From: a virus
Taxonomy: Duplodnaviria > Caudoviricetes
DNA length: 64,000 nucleotides
Strand: one strand, 5' to 3'
IMG/VR virus record: IMGVR_UViG_2832410175_000003
Span: 1-64,000 of that record
The notes under the pieces are model-generated. The model saw only the letters and a list, made by a program, of their open reading frames with translations. It searched no databases and was not told the origin of the DNA. The translations under genes and the position numbers were made by a program. Positions 58,975-64,000 of the stretch are shown here, piece after piece; within the stretch, counting starts at the first letter, position 1, and every line of letters begins with the position of its first letter.

Positions 58975-59192
58975 AGTGACCCCTCCATTTCATTATAAAA
59001 ATCTGCGGCTATGTATCGTAATGCCGCACACATACTTTCAGTATGTAAAGATTTATATCACTGGCCGGAGCGGATCAAAAGTTGGTGACAACCAGATTAT
59101 ATCACAACAAACGGAATAAATCAAATGCCCGCAGCACCCGAAAAGGGTGCATTTTTTATACCCAAAATCGAAAATAAAGGAGTCTGAACCTC

Positions 59193-59402
59193 ATGAAACA
59201 CTACTTTTCTACCGCAATGTTCGCAGGTCTCGCTATCATGGCAACCGTAGCAACGGTTGCAACCGGCGAGGATAACTTCCTCGGAACGGTTGTATTCGGA
59301 ACGTTTGCCGTGGGCAATTTCTGGAACACCACAAATGTACTCTGGAAGCGTTATCAAGCGGAGATAAATTACCGCGGCAAACACAGCCGCCGCGCAGCCT
59401 GA
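59193..59402 (+). CDS. Small membrane protein
   Basis: SD AAGGAG; two hydrophobic segments. Confidence 0.6.
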   Translation: MKHYFSTAMFAGLAIMATVATVATGEDNFLGTVVFGTFAVGNFWNTTNVLWKRYQAEINYRGKHSRRAA

Positions 59403-59415
59403 AAGGAGAATACAT

Positions 59416-60243
59416 ATGGCAGATGTTAACACGAAACGAATCCTCGACGTTCTCGGGCACGCAATCGAGCTTGCCCAAAACGAACTTGAGAGCAACCCGC
59501 CGGAACTTATTCCGGAGCCGGTCTTAAAGCCGGTGCCGAAACGAACGGGAACGAAACTGAAACCGATTCTGCCAGAAAACAAAATCGAAAAGTTTTTCCA
59601 CCCGGAATTTGGCACGGTCGAAGCAACCAGAATTGGAAATATTCCGTACTTCAAGGCGCTCCCCGTCTTGAAAGCATTGGGATACAAGAACCCCGCAAGC
59701 ATTGCAGAACTTTTCGAGGATAAACGAGTTATCCTCGCACCAAAAACAAACGGAAGTGTTGATTCCGTAACTTATCTATCGGTCTACGATGTTCATAATC
59801 TCATAAACCGGCGAAAGGTTGATCTGGTTTTTGAATTTGAAAAGTGGGTCGATGACGAAATAGTTCCGACACTTTGCGGCAAGAGTCCGGCAAAAAAGAA
59901 AAAGTATCCGCCACTGAAAGAATTCACGCACAGTGAATACGGAAAGGTTCTCGTCGCTTTCTCTGATGGCGAGACATACTATCGTGCAATCGATGTTTGT
60001 AAGATGTGCGGTTATAACCGCAGCGTAACCGCAACCATCGAGAACAAATATAGTTTTGCAACCAACGGCACTTCCTGCGCGACGAATTCAAGTTTCATCA
60101 AAGCAGATGAAGTCCGTAAGATATTTAGCCGCAAAAATCTGGACAAAATTCCAGTCACTCGCAAGATGATGGAGTGGCTCATTTACGATATTTCGGAACA
60201 AATGCGTTCCGAATTCACCGACAGCGATTCCACAATCGCCTAA
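59416..60243 (+). CDS. Tandem BRO-N domain protein (antirepressor-like)
   Basis: F.HPEFG.V...PYF.A..V.KALGY.N occurs twice; FEKWVDDEIVP. Confidence 0.8.
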   Translation: MADVNTKRILDVLGHAIELAQNELESNPPELIPEPVLKPVPKRTGTKLKPILPENKIEKFFHPEFGTVEATRIGNIPYFKALPVLKALGYKNPASIAELFEDKRVILAPKTNGSVDSVTYLSVYDVHNLINRRKVDLVFEFEKWVDDEIVPTLCGKSPAKKKKYPPLKEFTHSEYGKVLVAFSDGETYYRAIDVCKMCGYNRSVTATIENKYSFATNGTSCATNSSFIKADEVRKIFSRKNLDKIPVTRKMMEWLIYDISEQMRSEFTDSDSTIA

Positions 60244-60361
60244 TTACCATAAATTACAACGTCCCAAATCAGGGCGATTTGTATAGTAAATAATGTAGAG
60301 GTTCTCGCGGGTTCATCCATAAAGCCCGCAGCCAACATAATTTAAGAAAGGAAGTAATCAA

Positions 60362-60565
60362 ATGACGAAGAAGGAAATCAAAGAACAGTTGTCCCGTATC
60401 GAGCCGGACAAAATCGTTGACATTCATCAAGTATCAGGGGTAGTTGAGGTAATTACTATCCGCAATCACACAGTTCGCCGTAAGCGGTATGTTGTAACCC
60501 ATGAAGGTAAATTGCATTTTTACGAAAGTTATTTGCTGGATTTCTTTGGTGGAAAGGAAGTCTAA
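60362..60565 (+). CDS. Hypothetical early protein
   Basis: SD AAGGAAG; 67 aa. Confidence 0.6.
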   Translation: MTKKEIKEQLSRIEPDKIVDIHQVSGVVEVITIRNHTVRRKRYVVTHEGKLHFYESYLLDFFGGKEV

Positions 60566-60684
60566 AAATGGTACACGAAGTAGTAACCTTCCGTAACGGT
60601 AAGTGCGTATACGTTTGAGGACACCGGACGGTTCATTTTCGAACCGCAAGAAGGATTCATCATTGAAAAGGAGGAATCAGCAGT

Positions 60685-61518
60685 ATGAAAACATTAGTAT
60701 TCGAGGGTGCCGGCTGGTCTGGTGCCGAGCGCAGCAAAGAAACAATCGGCAACTGCCGCATTCGCACCGCATTCCATCTGGTAGATGGCCGTGCAGTGTA
60801 CCTTGAAATCACCTGTTGTAACACCAAAACAAACGGTGTCTATGACGGATTCATTAGCTATTGCTTTTATATTACCAGCGATCCGGATGATTGCAACAAG
60901 AATCGCGTTAAGTACCTCGGTAATCGGATTATTCCTTACACCCAAGAAAGCATACTGGCGTTTGCAAACGGTCTTAACGGTGACTTTGATGCAATCGTTG
61001 TTGCTCCCGATCTGGGCGGCTATCGCGTTTTCTCTGAACTCGGATATTTCAATTACGGCGATGAGTTCGAGTATGACGAGGAGCTGATTACGAAGCGTGA
61101 TGTAATCCACGATACGCTGCACACGGAAGAAAAGAAGTGGGATGAATTCCCGCTCTGTATCCTCTATGTAGATGAGGCAGACAAAAACGTCCTGCATTAC
61201 ACCCGCCAGCGCGGAGAAAATCGCGGCAAATTCCTCATCAACGTGAACGATGAGAACTGGCGCGATAATATGCAAATCGTTCCTAAGCCAGACAACATCA
61301 CGTTGGCCGACGTAATTCGCTGGGCAGCTCGTAACGATCCTAATGGTGAGTGGGACGAAGCACTCGCCATTGCAGATGGTGGTCACACCCGAGAGAGAGC
61401 ACATCTTGCACAGGATATGTGCAACACGCTCCGCCAGTGGAAAATAGACAGCGAAAGCACAACCGTACTTATGGAGCAAATGATTCAGCGCTGCACCGAA
61501 GATTCCCGACGTTGGTAA
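60685..61518 (+). CDS. Hypothetical early protein
   Basis: SD AAGGAGG; LVFEGAGW...GNCRIRTAF. Confidence 0.75.
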   Translation: MKTLVFEGAGWSGAERSKETIGNCRIRTAFHLVDGRAVYLEITCCNTKTNGVYDGFISYCFYITSDPDDCNKNRVKYLGNRIIPYTQESILAFANGLNGDFDAIVVAPDLGGYRVFSELGYFNYGDEFEYDEELITKRDVIHDTLHTEEKKWDEFPLCILYVDEADKNVLHYTRQRGENRGKFLINVNDENWRDNMQIVPKPDNITLADVIRWAARNDPNGEWDEALAIADGGHTRERAHLAQDMCNTLRQWKIDSESTTVLMEQMIQRCTEDSRRW

Positions 61519-61602
61519 CCACAAAACCGTCATTTGCAAGGGCGAAAGTCCTTGTTATTGTACCTTGACAATGTTATAATGGCAAGCAAAAGGAGGCAAA
61601 AC

Positions 61603-62028
61603 ATGGATCATTATGCATTCCACAGCAAATTTACGGACAAATACGGTATGGGGCTGGTGACCGCAATCGCTCGTATGGATTTGAGCGATGAACATATCGC
61701 AATTTATAGCAAATGGGCAGACGAAGTAGGCAAACCGACCAGTGACTTGGACAAGATGTTCGGTCGCGGAGAAACTGCAACCCTCGAAGACTGTCTCGAG
61801 GATTGCCATACAGAAGTATTCCGTCTTGTCCAAAAGGAATTCTTTACTCGGTTGACCAGAGAAAACGCAGTAGCACTCTGCAACGCATTGTTTCTCGCAG
61901 ACAGCAAAATCGAAATCTGCGAAAACGAACCCGATCTTCTCCTCAATGCGGAAAATTTCGCTTATGGATGGAACCGATTCCATCCAGAGGAAAAGAAAAT
62001 CACCAAATATATGGATTACATCGTATAA
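61603..62028 (+). CDS. Hypothetical acidic protein with own promoter and terminator
   Basis: TTGTTA-17-TATAAT (TG extension) ending at 61580; SD AAGGAGG; terminator 62047-62080. Confidence 0.7.
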   Translation: MDHYAFHSKFTDKYGMGLVTAIARMDLSDEHIAIYSKWADEVGKPTSDLDKMFGRGETATLEDCLEDCHTEVFRLVQKEFFTRLTRENAVALCNALFLADSKIEICENEPDLLLNAENFAYGWNRFHPEEKKITKYMDYIV

Positions 62029-62134
62029 TCAAATATCAACACAGTAAGAGCTTGCAACAACCTGCAAGCTCTTCTTTTTTACCCAAATTGCCGAACAAAT
62101 GTTTGGACGAACGCTTAAAAAGGAGCGAATACAT

Positions 62135-62641
62135 ATGAAAAAGAAAGTAATCTGGAGCAATTACAATCTCGATTATGAAGATTGGAAGGATTTCTTTGAC
62201 GATGAGTATCCCGATCTGGATGAAGATAAGCGCATCGACCTGATGTACGAATTGAATAACGAGCATCTTGACGACGAGCGCATGAACCTTGACATTCCCG
62301 TGGATGAAAAGATTGTCGTAATCGCCGATCTCGGCCGCTGGCACGGTCGTATTCCGGGGTATAAAGAAATCCAAGGTCGCTCGATTAAAGACTGCCTCGT
62401 TGCAAATACCGATTACGCAACATGGTATCTCGACGGCCGCGGCGACCTTTGCTGTGAAGCTATCCACCATGACGGAACCGACCACTATCTGTACCGAGTG
62501 TTCAAGCCTGACGTAAGCGACACCCGAAAGGAAAACTTCCTGAATAAAATCTGTCGCGGAACGGTAACCAGAGCAGATATAACCCGCATTACACGGCGTC
62601 TCGGTGACAAAATCGCCGAGGTATACGGTTGGAGGATTTGA
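62135..62641 (+). CDS. Conserved acidic phage early protein
   Basis: IADLGRWHGR..GYK...HHDGT.HYLYR; SD AAGGAG. Confidence 0.75.
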   Translation: MKKKVIWSNYNLDYEDWKDFFDDEYPDLDEDKRIDLMYELNNEHLDDERMNLDIPVDEKIVVIADLGRWHGRIPGYKEIQGRSIKDCLVANTDYATWYLDGRGDLCCEAIHHDGTDHYLYRVFKPDVSDTRKENFLNKICRGTVTRADITRITRRLGDKIAEVYGWRI

Positions 62642-62655
62642 AAGGAGCGTCATTT

Positions 62656-63288
62656 ATGAAAACAGAATTTGAAGTTACGTTCGAGAAGAACAGCGTATAT
62701 CAGGCAAGACTTATTCTTGCTTCTGATGAAAAAGCGGCGGAAGCCTACTTTCGTACTATCGAACCGGAAGCCCGGTTCATCGATGTGTCCGAGAATCAGG
62801 GCGGACATAAGCCCGGAATTCCCATCGAAGAAGTTCCGGATAACTGGAACAGAATTGCTTTTGATGAGCGGTGCGACAGTGATGTGTACAACACGACCAC
62901 GTTGTATTTCACCGCGCCCCGCATGTTGCTAGGTGGCAAGTATCCGGAAGCAGTATCCGCAGAGATCAGCATTGAGTTTCCGGTTGATTATCCGCTTTAC
63001 CAAGAAGCAAGTGTCATGATTTCTCCTACGAATGCAGAAGGTAGTGATTATGACTGGTGCGAGTGGTCGATTGACGCCGAGTTCTTTGATAAATTGATGC
63101 GTCTCGCAAGCGAAACTCCGCGTCATTCTATCAATGTCGGCTTCGCCACTTCCGACATTGAACATGACGAAACCCAGTTCGATTTGGAAGACCCGAGCAA
63201 TACGGTCGAACTGGTAAATCTCATCGTACATTTTTTCGCAGAAAACCACTTCGACAACCCTGTTGTAACCTACATTGAGGAGGCATAA
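62656..63288 (+). CDS. Hypothetical acidic protein
   Basis: SD AAGGAG before MKTEFEV. Confidence 0.7.
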   Translation: MKTEFEVTFEKNSVYQARLILASDEKAAEAYFRTIEPEARFIDVSENQGGHKPGIPIEEVPDNWNRIAFDERCDSDVYNTTTLYFTAPRMLLGGKYPEAVSAEISIEFPVDYPLYQEASVMISPTNAEGSDYDWCEWSIDAEFFDKLMRLASETPRHSINVGFATSDIEHDETQFDLEDPSNTVELVNLIVHFFAENHFDNPVVTYIEEA

Positions 63289-63292
63289 CAAA

Positions 63293-63622
63293 ATGGACAT
63301 CACAAAACTTCCTCGCTGGAACATCGAAGAAGTGTGCGGCTACAAGCCGTTCACCACCTTCTGGGATGATTTCAGCATCGCAGATAATTTCGGTGTTGAC
63401 GCGGTTTGTGATACATATAACCGCGCTTTTCAGGAATGGAAAACCGATTATAAGTACCTGACCGAGCTGGTCATGGTGCTCAACTGGAAGATCTGGCAGC
63501 ACTACGAACACAATGAACCGCTCGCCAGACTGTATAACACCATCTGGGAGCGTGCCGCACAGTACGCTCAGGAAAACCTCAAGGGTGACGAACTCACATA
63601 TTTTTACCAGACAACGGATTAA
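63293..63622 (+). CDS. Conserved phage protein
   Basis: TTFWDDFSIAD.FG...LTELVMVLNWKIW. Confidence 0.75.
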   Translation: MDITKLPRWNIEEVCGYKPFTTFWDDFSIADNFGVDAVCDTYNRAFQEWKTDYKYLTELVMVLNWKIWQHYEHNEPLARLYNTIWERAAQYAQENLKGDELTYFYQTTD

Positions 63623-63632
63623 GGAGATTTTT

Positions 63633-64000
63633 ATGGCTATCAGTTTTGAGAAAATGGCAAACGAATACAAAATGCTCCGTGAAGCAGCCGATCTTGCATA
63701 TCATAGCCTTATTGACAATGCTCATGATCGTTTTAACGAGAACCTCAAATGTTTCGTTGGCAACAACACCCTTGAATATGACGACATCGACTGGCTAATT
63801 GCTGGGCGAGGCGATGAAATTGATCGTATCGTTGCTGTTTACACCAGTCCGGAGGCCGCCGCAGAGAACCTTGCAAGGGGTTTAGGCTTGCTTTCCGACG
63901 ACAACGAAGCATATTTCAACCTGTCTGGGTTCCGAGACGATGAGATCACTCTCAGAAACGGTTACATTGAAACACCGCGTGGAGATGTCGTAGAAGTTGT
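63633..64000 (+). CDS. Hypothetical protein, 3' truncated by the window end
   Basis: SD AAGGAG; MAISFEKMANEY...; open to the window end. Confidence 0.7.
   Translation, partial: MAISFEKMANEYKMLREAADLAYHSLIDNAHDRFNENLKCFVGNNTLEYDDIDWLIAGRGDEIDRIVAVYTSPEAAAENLARGLGLLSDDNEAYFNLSGFRDDEITLRNGYIETPRGDVVEV

Overview
64 kb of a large tailed (siphovirus-type) phage of a Bacillota host, probably Clostridia. The gene order resembles SPbeta. Minus strand, ~54.4 kb to 1: replication initiators with iterons, a YonO-like single-subunit RNA polymerase, then the late operon (terminase, portal, protease/scaffold, capsid, head-tail proteins, major tail, 2 tRNAs, RuvC-like, tyrosine recombinase, ClpP, PhoH, tape measure, Dit, Tal, fibres, holins). 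Plus strand, from 55.8 kb: a consensus sigma-A promoter, a ~1 kb structured leader and small early genes. Main observations: (1) The tape-measure gene is split by five group I introns with 22-23 nt micro-exons, and splicing restores one 2786-aa ORF. (2) None of the introns has a homing endonuclease, but intron 4 carries a self-promoted lipoprotein gene in its P6 loop. (3) A cassette of small paralogous 'MIxN' fibre-associated genes appears phase-variable through both a 12-bp inverted-repeat inversion and a poly-G leader ORF. (4) In-frame TAG codons interrupt the RepA_N gene and the ORF coupled to the RNA polymerase, while TAG is almost unused as a stop. (5) A tRNA-Gln(UUG) has a Ser/Leu-type long variable arm. 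Family assignments come from motif recognition and synteny only; no database search was run.
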